DNA of 64,000 bases from an uncultured Alphaproteobacteria bacterium (GCA_944391425.1 CALXTO010000003.1:4787-68786); one strand, 5' to 3'. Shown: positions 28,421 through 38,770, counted from the first letter of the stretch. Made by a program: numbers and translations. Notes: generated from the sequence alone by a model not told the origin.

Positions 28421-28651
28421 ATGGGTACGTTTTTGAAATACCTGTTTTATCTGGTTTTGATTGTGGTTATTTATTTAGTGGGCCGCGGTATTTATGAGGG
28501 CAGCATTAACGAGGAAACAACCGTCGGCAGCGTGGTAGATCAGGTTGGCAGCGGGACGAAGGAGCTGGTTGATGAAACTGGAAACGCCGTGGAAAATGCG
28601 GTTGACAATTACAGGAAAGCACCTAAAACGGAAGTTGACGCCGCCGAATAG
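28421..28651 (+). CDS. small single-pass membrane protein
   Basis: 76 aa; N-terminal TM YLFYLVLIVVIYLV and an acidic tail. Strong SD AGGAGGAT, followed by a terminator. Confidence 0.45.
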   Translation: MGTFLKYLFYLVLIVVIYLVGRGIYEGSINEETTVGSVVDQVGSGTKELVDETGNAVENAVDNYRKAPKTEVDAAE

Positions 28652-28652
28652 G

Positions 28653-28676
28653 AAAACCCCTCGCAAGAGGGGTTTC
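28653..28676. terminator. bidirectional terminator
   Basis: cccctc-gcaa-gagggg hairpin flanked by aaaa and tttc. Confidence 0.6.
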
Positions 28677-29100
28677 AAATAAGTTCGTCAATGTCAATCA
28701 GATGCTCGTTTTTTTCATAAAAATGTTTCAGGTAGTTGCGTCCGGTACGTTCTAATTCTTCGTCTCTGATAATGGACTGGTTATTATCGTAGACGCTGAC
28801 GTTTTTATTGGCGGGAACTGTTTCTTCATCATCAAAAACACCGCTGACGGCCAAGGCTTCAAGACTATTGCTGACATAAGCCGTTGATGGTGTTATGTCT
28901 TTTTGTTTTTCTTTGTCGGTATTTTCTTTTTGAAATTCCTGTCGCGAAGAATGTCCGCCTGATTCGTCGCGCACCAAAACATTGTTGTTGGTATCTATAT
29001 TTTCAACAAACTGAGAATTTTTGTTTCCCGCAGCATAGTTTCTTTCGGCTCTGGAAGCCGAAGTTGAGCTGCTTACTCTTCTAGTAGATGCAATGCTCAT
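28675..29100 (-). CDS. hypothetical polar, low-complexity protein
   Basis: 141 aa, S/T/N/E-rich with no hydrophobic core; likely disordered. AT-rich upstream region. Confidence 0.35.
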   Translation of the reverse strand: MSIASTRRVSSSTSASRAERNYAAGNKNSQFVENIDTNNNVLVRDESGGHSSRQEFQKENTDKEKQKDITPSTAYVSNSLEALAVSGVFDDEETVPANKNVSVYDNNQSIIRDEELERTGRNYLKHFYEKNEHLIDIDELI

Positions 29101-29236
29101 GGATTTTCTCCGGTAAAAAATAAGGCTTCAAATTCTTTAAGCTTACTAATAGTGTAACATAAAAATTTTAAATTGGCTATAGTTATTTGATTTTATGTAT
29201 AAAAAACGTAAGCTCCCCGAAAGGGGAGCCTGCGAA

Positions 29237-29416
29237 TCAGCGGTTTTTGTTTTTATTTTTGGTTTCTTCGATTTTTTGTTTGCCGGCATCAATTATTTTT
29301 TTCAGATGAGGCCAAAGCTCTTTGCTTTGTGCAATAATCCAACGGCGGACATTGTCCAGATTGATGACGCCGAACAAGGCGGCAATGATGATGGCAATTA
29401 AAATCCAGGTTAGCAT
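29237..29416 (-). CDS. small membrane protein (59 aa), not in the ORF track
   Basis: MLTWILIAIIIAALFGVINLDNVRRWIIAQSKELWPHLKKIIDAGKQKIEETKNKNKNR. SD AAAGGAG lies 7 nt before the ATG and 12 nt after the nagZ stop. A terminator hairpin gctcccc-gaaa-ggggagc follows at 29212-29229. Confidence 0.5.
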   Translation of the reverse strand: MLTWILIAIIIAALFGVINLDNVRRWIIAQSKELWPHLKKIIDAGKQKIEETKNKNKNR

Positions 29417-29428
29417 GTTTTTTCTCCT

Positions 29429-30508
29429 TTAATGTTGTTTGTTGCTGCGCATCCGGTTCAAGACTTCGGTTGCGTCGTAAGTTTCCTGATAGGCGGCTAC
29501 GCTGCCGATGATCTGTGCGTATTCTTCTGCCCGGGCAACCGTGTCTTCTTTTGCCGCTGCCGGACGGCTGATGACCGCGCGGACTTTGGCGAAGCGTTCA
29601 AGGGATTTATCGTTCAGCGGCGGACAGTTTGCGGCGATGTCTTTCATTTCGTCCAGTTCGCCGAACGCATAACAGACACAGTCGCAACCGGCTGTAATTG
29701 AGGCACGGGCTTTTTCCCCCGCGGTTCCTTTCAGGGCTTTCATATCAATGGCATCGGATACCAGAAAGCCGTCGAAACCGATGATGTCGCGAATCAGTGT
29801 TTGAATGCTTTGAGCGCTTTGGGTTACGGGAAGACACTCGTCTATAGCAGATACAATAATATGAGCCGTCATTCCCATCGGGGAATAATTGAGCTGGCGA
29901 AAGGGATAAAAGTCTTTTTCAAGTTCATGCAGTGCGGCGTTTATCACCGGAAGGTTTAGGTGCGGGTCGACGGATGCGCGTCCGTGTCCGGGCATGTGTT
30001 TGATGCAGGGAGATATTCCCCGGTTGATATATTCATCAACCATTATTTTTCCAAGCGCGGCCGTGATAGAAGGATTATTGCCGAAACAACGGCTTTTTAA
30101 TACCGGAGACGTATCCGGGCAGGTAATGTCCAAAACCGGAGCGTAATTGACGTTTATGCCGGTTTCCTGTAAATCATCGCAGATTAGGCTTGCATGCAGA
30201 CGGGCTGCTTTTTCCGCCTGTGGCTGAGGAAGCGAACCGAGCGTTGCGGCGGAAGCGTAGCTGCGGAAATCCGGTTCAATCAGCCGGCGGACGCGGCCGC
30301 CTTCCTGGTCAACGGCAATCAAAACATCTTCTCTGCCGATGGTTTCTTTGATTTCCTTTATCAGTTCCTGCAATTGGCATTTGGACGCAATGTTGCGGGC
30401 AAAAATATTTATGCCCAGCGGGTTGCTCCGGGCGAAGAATTCTTTTTCTTCGTCGCTGAGCTTGGTTTCTTTGCAGGACAGGATTGCCGCCATAATCGGT
30501 TTAGTCAT
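29429..30508 (-). CDS. nagZ: beta-N-acetylhexosaminidase (GH3)
   Basis: LIAVDQEGGRVRRL, KHMPGHGRASVDPHL and SDAIDMKA motifs of GH3 NagZ. Confidence 0.85.
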   Translation of the reverse strand: MTKPIMAAILSCKETKLSDEEKEFFARSNPLGINIFARNIASKCQLQELIKEIKETIGREDVLIAVDQEGGRVRRLIEPDFRSYASAATLGSLPQPQAEKAARLHASLICDDLQETGINVNYAPVLDITCPDTSPVLKSRCFGNNPSITAALGKIMVDEYINRGISPCIKHMPGHGRASVDPHLNLPVINAALHELEKDFYPFRQLNYSPMGMTAHIIVSAIDECLPVTQSAQSIQTLIRDIIGFDGFLVSDAIDMKALKGTAGEKARASITAGCDCVCYAFGELDEMKDIAANCPPLNDKSLERFAKVRAVISRPAAAKEDTVARAEEYAQIIGSVAAYQETYDATEVLNRMRSNKQH

Positions 30509-30517
30509 TTTTTCCTC

Positions 30518-31174
30518 TCAGATAAACAATGAAATTAAGTATTTGGATGTTTTGATGAGATAATATCCGAACGGGTTGAAATCGTATCCGAAATAACGAG
30601 AAATTACCGGAATAACAAAAGCAATAAGAATAATGAAAACAGAACCTCCGCGATAGGAATTCAGAAATTTTTGAATCCGCGGATTGTCTGACCAGCCCAG
30701 CAGAATTTTGGAGCCGTCCAGCGGCGGAACGGGCAGGGCGTTAAATACGGCTAAAACGACGTTGAATATAATCATGTTAAGCAAAAACAACGTGATTATA
30801 CCCTGCGTCAGACGGTGTGCAACGTATGGCACCAGTAACAACAACAGTGCCGAAACCAGCGCCAGCAGCAGATTGGTGATAATTCCTGCCGAAGCGACCA
30901 ACAGAATATCTCTTTTGGGATGGCGCAGATTGGCGTAGTTAACGGGAACGGGACGAGCCCAGCCGAAAATGAAACCTGTTTTGGCAAGGAGCAGGATTGC
31001 CGGCAAAATCAGCGTTCCGAAAACATCAATATGCCGAAGAGGGTTTAACGACAGGCGCTTGTGTTGTTTGGCCGTATTGTCCCCGCACCAGCAGGCCGCG
31101 TATCCATGGGCAACCTCGTGCAGGACGATGGCTATGATAATCGGGACGAAGTTGACCAGGATACTGATAAGCAT
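30518..31174 (-). CDS. site-2 protease (M50) family metalloprotease
   Basis: HEVAHGYAA HExxH within a TM helix; polytopic membrane protein. Starts 9 nt from nagZ. Confidence 0.75.
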   Translation of the reverse strand: MLISILVNFVPIIIAIVLHEVAHGYAACWCGDNTAKQHKRLSLNPLRHIDVFGTLILPAILLLAKTGFIFGWARPVPVNYANLRHPKRDILLVASAGIITNLLLALVSALLLLLVPYVAHRLTQGIITLFLLNMIIFNVVLAVFNALPVPPLDGSKILLGWSDNPRIQKFLNSYRGGSVFIILIAFVIPVISRYFGYDFNPFGYYLIKTSKYLISLFI

Positions 31175-31175
31175 G

Positions 31176-32111
31176 TTATTTCTTCTTTACCAGACATGTT
31201 CCGCCCAGAGCTTTGATGTCGTTGCAGAGTTTGTCTGCTCCGGCACGGTCGGCAAAAGCCCCCGCAAACAGGCGATAGAAAGTTCCTTTGGCGCCAAGGT
31301 CTGCCGCTTCGACTTCGTGCGGCTGCCCTGACAGAGATGCGTATTTTTTCTCCAATCCGTTCCAGGCGCTGTCCACGGATTTACGATTGGGCGAAGATAT
31401 GAGCTGAACTGTCCAGGGGCCTGTTGTCTGTGCGGCTGATACGGCCGGAGCCGCGTCTGCGGCTTTAACTTCTTCTTTGGCGGGAACGGCAACTTTAGCC
31501 GGTTCCGGTGCCGGCGCAGGTTCTTTTACCTCGGACGCTGCCGGTGTCGGCTGAGCGGCAGCAATCTGGCTCAACGGAACTTCAGGAGCCGGAGGCTGTT
31601 CGTTTTTGACGGCCTGCGGTTCGGGCGCTTTTTTAATTTCTGCCGTTTTGAGGATTTCTTCGGCTTTTTGTTCAACAGGTAATGGTTCTACGGCAACAAC
31701 CGGAGCCTGAACTATTGCCTGGGGTTTGGGTTCTTCCGGCGGCGGGAGAAGATTTTCGACAACCGGCGCGGAATTATCTTTCTTTTCGATAATGTCATAG
31801 ACGGATTTGTCCTGATTGAGGATTTCCATGCCGCCGGGTTCGCTGGGTTGAACTTTTATCGCAGTTTGAGGGCGGCGAATAACGGGAATTTCGGCCGTAT
31901 CTTCGCCGGCATAGCGGGGCGACAAGACAAACCAGCCGACGACTGCTGCCAGAGCAATGCCGGAAACCGTGCCGATAAAGACATTTTTGGAGCGGTTGAT
32001 TTCGTTTTTCTTTTCCTCCAGATTTTCAAGCGGCTGAGAACTGAGCTTTTGGCGGAACTCGTCAAGAAAATCGTCGTTGGGGTTATTTTCGTTCTGAAAA
32101 TCGGAAAACAT
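31176..32111 (-). CDS. SPOR domain-containing protein
   Basis: N-terminal TM, Pro/Ala/Glu-rich linker and C-terminal SPOR fold (WTVQLISSPNRKSVDSAWNGL...GTFYRLFAGAF). Confidence 0.7.
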   Translation of the reverse strand: MFSDFQNENNPNDDFLDEFRQKLSSQPLENLEEKKNEINRSKNVFIGTVSGIALAAVVGWFVLSPRYAGEDTAEIPVIRRPQTAIKVQPSEPGGMEILNQDKSVYDIIEKKDNSAPVVENLLPPPEEPKPQAIVQAPVVAVEPLPVEQKAEEILKTAEIKKAPEPQAVKNEQPPAPEVPLSQIAAAQPTPAASEVKEPAPAPEPAKVAVPAKEEVKAADAAPAVSAAQTTGPWTVQLISSPNRKSVDSAWNGLEKKYASLSGQPHEVEAADLGAKGTFYRLFAGAFADRAGADKLCNDIKALGGTCLVKKK

Positions 32112-32191
32112 GGTAAAGCTCCTTTGTTTGCTTATAACTTACAGATGGTACTATGTTAAAAGAAAAAGCTTTATATTCAATTAACAAATTT

Positions 32192-33346
32192 TCAGAATCT
32201 GCAACGAACGTCGAAAAGTTTTTGATGTTCTTCAACTGCCATTACATCGGTCATATTGGCAATATAAGTGCAGACGTATTCTGCCAGTTCGGCGTCTTTG
32301 GCTGCCACTGGGATGCCCTGTCGCAGTTCCATCGGCAGCATTTTGTGGTTATTCATGAATGCGTCGAAAAGTTCTTCAACGATTTTTTGCGATTTCATGT
32401 CCATACGGGCCACGCTGGTATGGGTATAGAAATGTTGTTTCAAAAATTCATGCAGGAGCGTGATCTTCAGATGCATTTGGGGGGAGAAATCCGCCGTGAA
32501 TCTTTTTTGACGGCGGACGTCATCGCTTGTGCCAACAGCGTATTTTTTTAAATTGTTCCGGGTGTTTTCCAATAAGTCAAATACCATGTCGGCAATCAGG
32601 GTACGGGTAATGGCATAGATGCGGACGGTATCGGGACAGCCCGGATTTTCCCGGTCAAATTTGTCGATGATTGCAGCAATGAACGGAAGTTCGCGCAGTT
32701 GTGCGATGGTAAAAAAACCGGCGCGGAATCCATCGTCAATGTCATGGTTGTTATAGGCGATGTCATCGGCAAAGGAAGCTACCTGAGATTCAAGGGAAGA
32801 GAAATGTTTCAGGTCAAGGTCGAAAACCCGGTTAAATTCCTTAAGGTAGGTGCTGGATATTTTTTTGACGGGGCCGTTGTGTTTGACGGTTCCTTCAAGG
32901 GTTTCCCAAGTCAAATTCAACCCTTCGAATCCGGGATAATGCTGTTCAAGCTTTGTCATGATTTTCAGAGAATTGACATTGTGGTCAAAGCCGCCGAACC
33001 GTTTCATAACATGATTGAGGCCACGTTCTCCGGCATGGCCGAAAGGCGGATGCCCCAGATCGTGTGCCAGAGCTATAGCTTCGCCCAGTTCTTCATTTAG
33101 GCTCAAATTTTTGCAAACGGTGCGGGTAATCTGTGCGACTTCAATGCTGTGGGTGAGGCGGGTACGGTAGTTTTTGCCTTCGTGGTAAGCAAAAACCTGT
33201 GTTTTTCCGTCCAGGCGGCGAAAAGCCGAGGAATGGATCAGGCGGTCCCGGTCGCGCTGAAAAGGCGAACGGATGATGTTGGCGTAATCGGGATACAGGC
33301 GGCCGCGGCAGTTTTGGTCAGAGCTTGCGTAAGTTGCTAATTTCAT
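32192..33346 (-). CDS. dgt: dGTPase-like HD-domain phosphohydrolase
   Basis: RLYPD...RSPFQRDRDRLIHSSAFRRL...THSIEVAQI HD motif. Confidence 0.85.
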   Translation of the reverse strand: MKLATYASSDQNCRGRLYPDYANIIRSPFQRDRDRLIHSSAFRRLDGKTQVFAYHEGKNYRTRLTHSIEVAQITRTVCKNLSLNEELGEAIALAHDLGHPPFGHAGERGLNHVMKRFGGFDHNVNSLKIMTKLEQHYPGFEGLNLTWETLEGTVKHNGPVKKISSTYLKEFNRVFDLDLKHFSSLESQVASFADDIAYNNHDIDDGFRAGFFTIAQLRELPFIAAIIDKFDRENPGCPDTVRIYAITRTLIADMVFDLLENTRNNLKKYAVGTSDDVRRQKRFTADFSPQMHLKITLLHEFLKQHFYTHTSVARMDMKSQKIVEELFDAFMNNHKMLPMELRQGIPVAAKDAELAEYVCTYIANMTDVMAVEEHQKLFDVRCRF

Positions 33347-33411
33347 GTTTTTTCGCTTTCAATGCATATATTTATGATGTATGATAAGGCAAAATGTTTC
33401 AAAAAGGGTTA

Positions 33412-34206
33412 ATGATGAAAATTGCAACATATAATGTCAATTCGGTTAATGCCCGTCTGGAAAATCTTTTGGAATGGCTGCAAAAAGAACAGCCGGATGT
33501 CGCTTTGCTGCAGGAGATTAAATGCGAGTTTAATGCCTTTCCGTTTTTTGAACTGCAAACTTCAGGCTATGAAGCTAAAATTCTGGGACAGAAAAGCTAT
33601 AACGGCGTTGCGGTGTTGAGCCGCCACAAAATTAAAGTTATTCAGGAGGGCCTGCCCGGGTTTGAAGATGAAAGTGCCCGTTATCTGGAGGCGGAAATCA
33701 ATGATGGAAAACGAGTTTTCCGGACGGCGTCAATTTATCTGCCGAACGGCAATCCGCCTTACAATGCGCCGGACGATGACAGCCGGTATGCCTATAAACT
33801 GCGCTGGATGGAAGCTTTATATGCCCGGGCGCGGGAGTTGCTGGAGTTGCGGCTGCCGGTTATTCTGGGCGGAGATTTTAATGTCATTTTGACGGACAAC
33901 GATGTATATGATCCGGAAGCTTTCCGCGATAACGCGTTGTTTCGCGAAGAAGTAAAACAGCGTTTAAAAGCTTTGGAATATCTGGGCTATTATGATGCTT
34001 TCCGCAGTTTGCATCCCCGTGAAAACGGCTATACCTACTGGGATTACGGCGGTGGCGCTTTTCAAAACGATCAGGGTATGCGCATCGATTATTTGTTTTT
34101 ATCGCCCAATGCCACAGATTTGTTGGAAAGCTGCGAAGTGGACAAAGAACCGAGACGCGGGAGCAAGCCTTCGGATCATACGGTCTTGAAAGCGGTGCTG
34201 CGCTGA
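33412..34206 (+). CDS. xth: exodeoxyribonuclease III
   Basis: MKIATYNVNS...LLQE, DxN and SDH motifs of the EEP family AP endonucleases. Confidence 0.85.
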   Translation: MMKIATYNVNSVNARLENLLEWLQKEQPDVALLQEIKCEFNAFPFFELQTSGYEAKILGQKSYNGVAVLSRHKIKVIQEGLPGFEDESARYLEAEINDGKRVFRTASIYLPNGNPPYNAPDDDSRYAYKLRWMEALYARARELLELRLPVILGGDFNVILTDNDVYDPEAFRDNALFREEVKQRLKALEYLGYYDAFRSLHPRENGYTYWDYGGGAFQNDQGMRIDYLFLSPNATDLLESCEVDKEPRRGSKPSDHTVLKAVLR

Positions 34207-36221
34207 TGGCGGGAAAGAAAAAGCGCGATACGGCGGAGGTTTGCGTTTTGCAGGTAAGCGGCTGCGGCGGGCAAGGCGACTTAACAGCTTTTGCGGAAGG
34301 GCAAAAAAAAAGCGACAAAGAAAAAATATTCGTGATTGAAAACCGCCGGATTAAGCCTCCTCTGGCCGAAGGCGACCGCTTTATCGGCAGAATCATCCGG
34401 CAGGGCGGAAATTACCGGGTTAAACCAATCGCACGTATTTCAAGAGCTGAGAATGCCGAGGAAAAAATTTACGGCGTGGTAGAACGGCGCGGCAGAGATT
34501 TTTATTTGAAACCGGCGGAGAAAAACCAACGGGCTGAATATCAGCTTTTTGACCGGAGCAAAGCCAAAGACGGCGATTTTGTAGCCGCGGTATTGTCCGG
34601 TGAAAGAAATCATAAACAGGCTTCCGTTGTTAAAAATTATGGGTCGTTCAGCCTGTCAAAGGCGGTTTCCGGATTGATTTTGGACAAATACGGTATTCCA
34701 CATGAATTTGAACATGAAACCGTTGCCGAACTGTGCCGGCTGCCATCTTTTTCCGTGGCGGAAAGGACGGATTTACGAAATATTCCGCTGGTAACCATCG
34801 ACGGAGAAGATTCCAAAGACTTCGATGATGCCGTATGGGCGGAAAAGACGCCGCTGGGATTTAATCTGATTGTGGCAATTGCCGATGTGGCGTTTTACGT
34901 GCGCCCGGGAAGCGGGCTTGATCGGGAAGCTTACCGCCGCGGGAATTCGGTTTATCTGCCGGGGCGGACCATACCGATGCTGCCGGAAAAACTTTCAAAT
35001 GAATTATGTTCTTTACAGCCGCGGCAGGAAAGGGCATGTATTGCCTGCCTGATGAGTATTGATACCGAAGGAAAACTTAAGAGTCACAGTTTTTGCCGCG
35101 CCGTGATGAAATCGGCGGCACGGCTGACTTACCGCGAGGTTCAGGAAGCTTTGGACGGTAAAAAATCATCTAATATCGCACCGTGGTTTAAAATGACGGT
35201 CAAACCCCTCTATGAAGCATATCAGGCTTTGGCAAAAGCAAAATGCAAAAGAGGCGCGCTGGAACTCGAAAGCAGCGAAGTGAAAATCAAAACTGATAAA
35301 AACGGCAATATCCTTTCGGTTGGCAAAGAAGAACATTATACGGCTCATGAAATTATAGAAGAGTTTATGATTGCCGCGAATAACGCCGCCGCGTTACAGC
35401 TGAAAAAAAGCAAGCTGCCGGTGATGTTCCGGGTCCATGACCGTCCGCCGGAAGAAAAGCTGCGGGAATTTGCGCCGGTTTGCCGCGATTTGCATTTAAA
35501 AATGCCCGAATTACCTGCTTTAAGAGCGGAGCATTTTAATAAAATTATGCAAAAATGTTCAGATAACGGTTACAGTACTGGAATTTGTGATTTGATTTTG
35601 CGTTTGCAAGCGCAGGCACAATACAGTCCGCATAATATCGGGCATTTTGGTTTGGGGCTGAAAGACTATGTTCATTTTACCTCACCGATCCGCCGTTATG
35701 CCGATCTGTTGATACACCGGGCTCTGATTAAAGCGCTGAAGCTTCCTGAAGGCGGGGCTTTGGAAGAAACAGCATCAGTCAGCAGCTTTGAAGATATCGG
35801 GCAGCATTTGTGCGATACCGAGCGCCGAGCCGTAAATGCCGAACGCGACCTGACGGCACGCATGATTTCTTCTTATCTGCAGCCGGCAATCGGTCAGGAG
35901 TTCGAGGTCAAAATCTGCGGCTTGTGCAATGCGGGTATTTTTGTGGGAATAGACGCTTTGGGTGCGGAAGGACTGATTCCGATGCGTACTCTGCCGGATG
36001 ACGATTATGTTCTGGAGAGCGGGAATTTACATATGTGCGGCAAAAGACGAAAAACGGTTTTTGCTTTCGGAAGTTTGTTGAAAGCCCGACTCACGGAAGC
36101 TTCGCCGGTCAGCGGCGGACTGATATTCAAATATATTGACCCGGATGAAGGCGAAGATTATTATACGAAAAGCGGTTTCCGTACTGCGGGAAATTTTTTT
36201 GCAAAAGGTAAAAAGAAATGA
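34206..36221 (+). CDS. rnr: ribonuclease R / RNase II-family 3'-5' exoribonuclease
   Basis: RNB catalytic motif DSKDFDDAVWAE and a C-terminal S1-like domain. Confidence 0.8.
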   Translation: MAGKKKRDTAEVCVLQVSGCGGQGDLTAFAEGQKKSDKEKIFVIENRRIKPPLAEGDRFIGRIIRQGGNYRVKPIARISRAENAEEKIYGVVERRGRDFYLKPAEKNQRAEYQLFDRSKAKDGDFVAAVLSGERNHKQASVVKNYGSFSLSKAVSGLILDKYGIPHEFEHETVAELCRLPSFSVAERTDLRNIPLVTIDGEDSKDFDDAVWAEKTPLGFNLIVAIADVAFYVRPGSGLDREAYRRGNSVYLPGRTIPMLPEKLSNELCSLQPRQERACIACLMSIDTEGKLKSHSFCRAVMKSAARLTYREVQEALDGKKSSNIAPWFKMTVKPLYEAYQALAKAKCKRGALELESSEVKIKTDKNGNILSVGKEEHYTAHEIIEEFMIAANNAAALQLKKSKLPVMFRVHDRPPEEKLREFAPVCRDLHLKMPELPALRAEHFNKIMQKCSDNGYSTGICDLILRLQAQAQYSPHNIGHFGLGLKDYVHFTSPIRRYADLLIHRALIKALKLPEGGALEETASVSSFEDIGQHLCDTERRAVNAERDLTARMISSYLQPAIGQEFEVKICGLCNAGIFVGIDALGAEGLIPMRTLPDDDYVLESGNLHMCGKRRKTVFAFGSLLKARLTEASPVSGGLIFKYIDPDEGEDYYTKSGFRTAGNFFAKGKKK

Positions 36222-37309
36222 TAAAGCTTTTGATCTTGCTGTCTTTTTTGTTTTGGTGCTGTCCATGTTTTGCTGCTGATCTTACTTTTTTGAGGCAGGT
36301 TTACACAGAAGTTCCGCGCCAATACGTAAAACCTCTGGATGTTGAAGAAATCGCCGTTGCCTTTTTAAAGGGAATTAATAAGGTTGACGCCGATTTGAGA
36401 GTGGGGGACGATGCCGGAAGAATCAGCCTGTATTACCGTGGGCGGTTACAGCAGTCTTTGCGCAAACCAGAAGATCGTAATGATATTGATGCCTGGGTTG
36501 GTCTCAGCGCCGGTTTTATGGATAAGGCGACGCAAGTTTCCCGGGAAGCCTTCCGCCGGGATTTTGAAATGCCGGATCTGATGATGCAGGAGGCTATGCA
36601 GGTTTTGGACGGTGATTCAAAATTTTATTTCAGTACGGCAAGTGCGGAAGATAACCGCTTAAAACACCGGCGGAATTTTGCTGCAAGAAAAGAAGGCCGA
36701 AACCTTTATCTCAAGATCTTGTCTTTTAACAATTATACGCTACAAAATATCCGCGAAGCTGTTGCAGCGCACGGTGACGCTCAAGGGTTGATTTTGGATT
36801 TGCGCGGCAGTCCCGGCGGACAGTTGGGAACGGCGATTGAGACCGCAGATTTGTTTTTGGATGAAGGCATTGTTGTTTCAACCCGGGGACGCGAAGAAAA
36901 AGAGAGCGTTTATTATAATTCAAAAGACGGCGATATCTGGAACGGCAAACCGATGATTGTGCTGACGGACGGCAAGACGGCGTCGGCGGCGGAAGTTTTG
37001 GCGGCGGCTTTGCAAGAACAGGGAAGGGCCAAAATCATCGGAACCGGAACTTTCGGCAAAGGGAGCGTGCAAAATCTGATATATTTGGACAGCGGTGCCG
37101 TTATTTCGCTGACCAACGCTTATTTTTATACGCCTTCCGGACGCAAACTCGACAAACAAGGCATCGTACCCGATGTATGCACTTTTGAAATGCCGGAGGG
37201 CAAAGACGTAAACGGGCTGCCGTCCGGAAAAGACGGGGGATGTCTGCCGGAGGAGCGTGAGAATGCCCGGCTTGAGCTTAAAGCCGCCGAAAAAATGCTG
37301 GAAATGTAG
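36218..37309 (+). CDS. S41-family peptidase (C-terminal processing protease-like)
   Basis: GLILDLRGSPGGQL and TDGKTASAAE motifs; signal peptide. Confidence 0.7.
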   Translation: MIKLLILLSFLFWCCPCFAADLTFLRQVYTEVPRQYVKPLDVEEIAVAFLKGINKVDADLRVGDDAGRISLYYRGRLQQSLRKPEDRNDIDAWVGLSAGFMDKATQVSREAFRRDFEMPDLMMQEAMQVLDGDSKFYFSTASAEDNRLKHRRNFAARKEGRNLYLKILSFNNYTLQNIREAVAAHGDAQGLILDLRGSPGGQLGTAIETADLFLDEGIVVSTRGREEKESVYYNSKDGDIWNGKPMIVLTDGKTASAAEVLAAALQEQGRAKIIGTGTFGKGSVQNLIYLDSGAVISLTNAYFYTPSGRKLDKQGIVPDVCTFEMPEGKDVNGLPSGKDGGCLPEERENARLELKAAEKMLEM

Positions 37310-37327
37310 TTTTTTGTGAGATTCTAG

Positions 37328-37355
37328 TTGACAGGATTTAAAAAAACTGTATATT
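37328..37355 (+). promoter_or_regulatory. near-consensus sigma-70 promoter of rpmG
   Basis: TTGACA, 16-nt spacer, TATATT; about 47 nt upstream of the rpmG ATG. Confidence 0.55.
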
Positions 37356-37401
37356 ACGCCTAAATGTTTGAATCTTAATTTTTGAAAAAGAGTATAAGAA
37401 A

Positions 37402-37569
37402 ATGGCAAAAGCAATTAAAGTTAAAGTAAAATTGGAAAGCACTGCCGGAACCGGTACATTTTATCTTGCAGAAAAGAATCCGAGAACTCATCCTGAAAAG
37501 CTGACTTTGAAAAAATATGACAAGAAGTCTAAAAAGCATGAAGAGTTCGTTGAAAAGAAACTGAAGTAA
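37402..37569 (+). CDS. rpmG: 50S ribosomal protein L33 (55 aa; below the 60-aa ORF-track cutoff)
   Basis: MAKAIKVKVKLESTAGTGTFYLAEKNPRTHPEKLTLKKYD... is a canonical L33. Confidence 0.8.
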   Translation: MAKAIKVKVKLESTAGTGTFYLAEKNPRTHPEKLTLKKYDKKSKKHEEFVEKKLK

Positions 37570-37592
37570 TCTTTTTTGCGTCTTTGCTGATA

Positions 37593-37626
37593 AATGCCGG
37601 TTTGAAACATCAAGCCGGCATTTTTA
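37593..37626. terminator. terminator between rpmG and the convergent xerC
   Basis: tgccgg-(14 nt loop)-ccggca hairpin followed by ttttt. Confidence 0.55.
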
Positions 37627-38559
37627 CTTTAACAGTCCGGCCTGATTGTATTCTTTTTGCAGGGTTTCGATTTGGACATCGGTGTAGCGCTGGGTGGTGT
37701 GCAGGGACGCATGACCCAATAATTCCTGTATGGAGCGCAAATCAGTCCCTTCCGCCAAAAGGTGAGTTGCGAAAGAATGTCTGAGGGCATGGGGCGTCAA
37801 TGTAGAAGGAAGGCCCAGATACGCCCGGATTTTTTCCAAAGTTCGCTGCACGATGCGGGGACTTAAACGCTCGCCTCTTGCCCCCAGAAACAACGGTTCG
37901 CCGTTTTTGATATCATAGGGGCAGGCTTTTAAGTAGGCATCTATTTTTTCAACCACAACCGGGAGAAGGGGAACAAGACGTTCTTTGTTGCCCTTGCCCT
38001 TGATTTTGAGGAAGCTGCCATGGTTGATATCGCCGGCATTGAGCGACAGGGCTTCAGAGATTCGCAAACCGCATCCGTATAATATTGTAAAAATGGCGAC
38101 ATCTCTAAGCCCCTGCCACTCGCTTTTGGCAAAGTCGGCAGCCACGTCCAGAACATTGAAAGTTTCATCTACATCCAGCGCACGGGGCAGGACTTTGGGC
38201 CGCCGCGGTGAAGAAATAACGCTGATGGCCGTATTTTCGGCAATCCCGTTACGGTTCAGATATTTAAAAAAATTGCGCAGCGTCGATAATTCCCGCGCGA
38301 TTGAAGCCTTATCAATATAACGGGACATCCGGGAGCTTAAAAAAGAACGAAAAGCCCGGACTTCCAATGCGGACAGGTCTCCCAAAGAAGGCAAATGTCC
38401 TAAATATTCTGCCAAAAAAGCAAAAAAAACCGACAAATCGCGGGAATAAGCGTCCAGCGTGCAGGGAGAATAGCGCCGTTCGTTTTTAAGCCAGGACTGC
38501 CATGTGTGAATAACTTCGGTAACTTGGCTGTCCGCCTGATATTTAATCTCTTTTTTCAT
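37624..38559 (-). CDS. xerC: tyrosine recombinase XerC/XerD family
   Basis: C-terminal catalytic HALRHSFATHLL...LGHASLHTTQRYTDV (R...HxxR...Y). Confidence 0.8.
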   Translation of the reverse strand: MKKEIKYQADSQVTEVIHTWQSWLKNERRYSPCTLDAYSRDLSVFFAFLAEYLGHLPSLGDLSALEVRAFRSFLSSRMSRYIDKASIARELSTLRNFFKYLNRNGIAENTAISVISSPRRPKVLPRALDVDETFNVLDVAADFAKSEWQGLRDVAIFTILYGCGLRISEALSLNAGDINHGSFLKIKGKGNKERLVPLLPVVVEKIDAYLKACPYDIKNGEPLFLGARGERLSPRIVQRTLEKIRAYLGLPSTLTPHALRHSFATHLLAEGTDLRSIQELLGHASLHTTQRYTDVQIETLQKEYNQAGLLK

Positions 38560-38770
38560 ACGGTTTATGATGCCTCCAAAAAGTTAAAAATTAGTGTATT
38601 GACAAATTGATATCCCGGAGTGTGATTAAAGCGGCTAATCGGCTAATGATAAGAATGTGCAGAGAAAATCCCGTCTTGTATGCAGGACGGGATTTTTTTG
38701 TGGGGATTGTCGGCGGTTTCGGGTTTTATTTTATGTGTGCGGTTGCTATGATGAGCGGGAAGGAGAAAAA

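Noticed and set aside
29195-29401. 68-aa plus-strand ORF in the track
   Set aside because: It has no RBS and is antisense to a better-supported 59-aa minus-strand gene that has an SD and a terminator.
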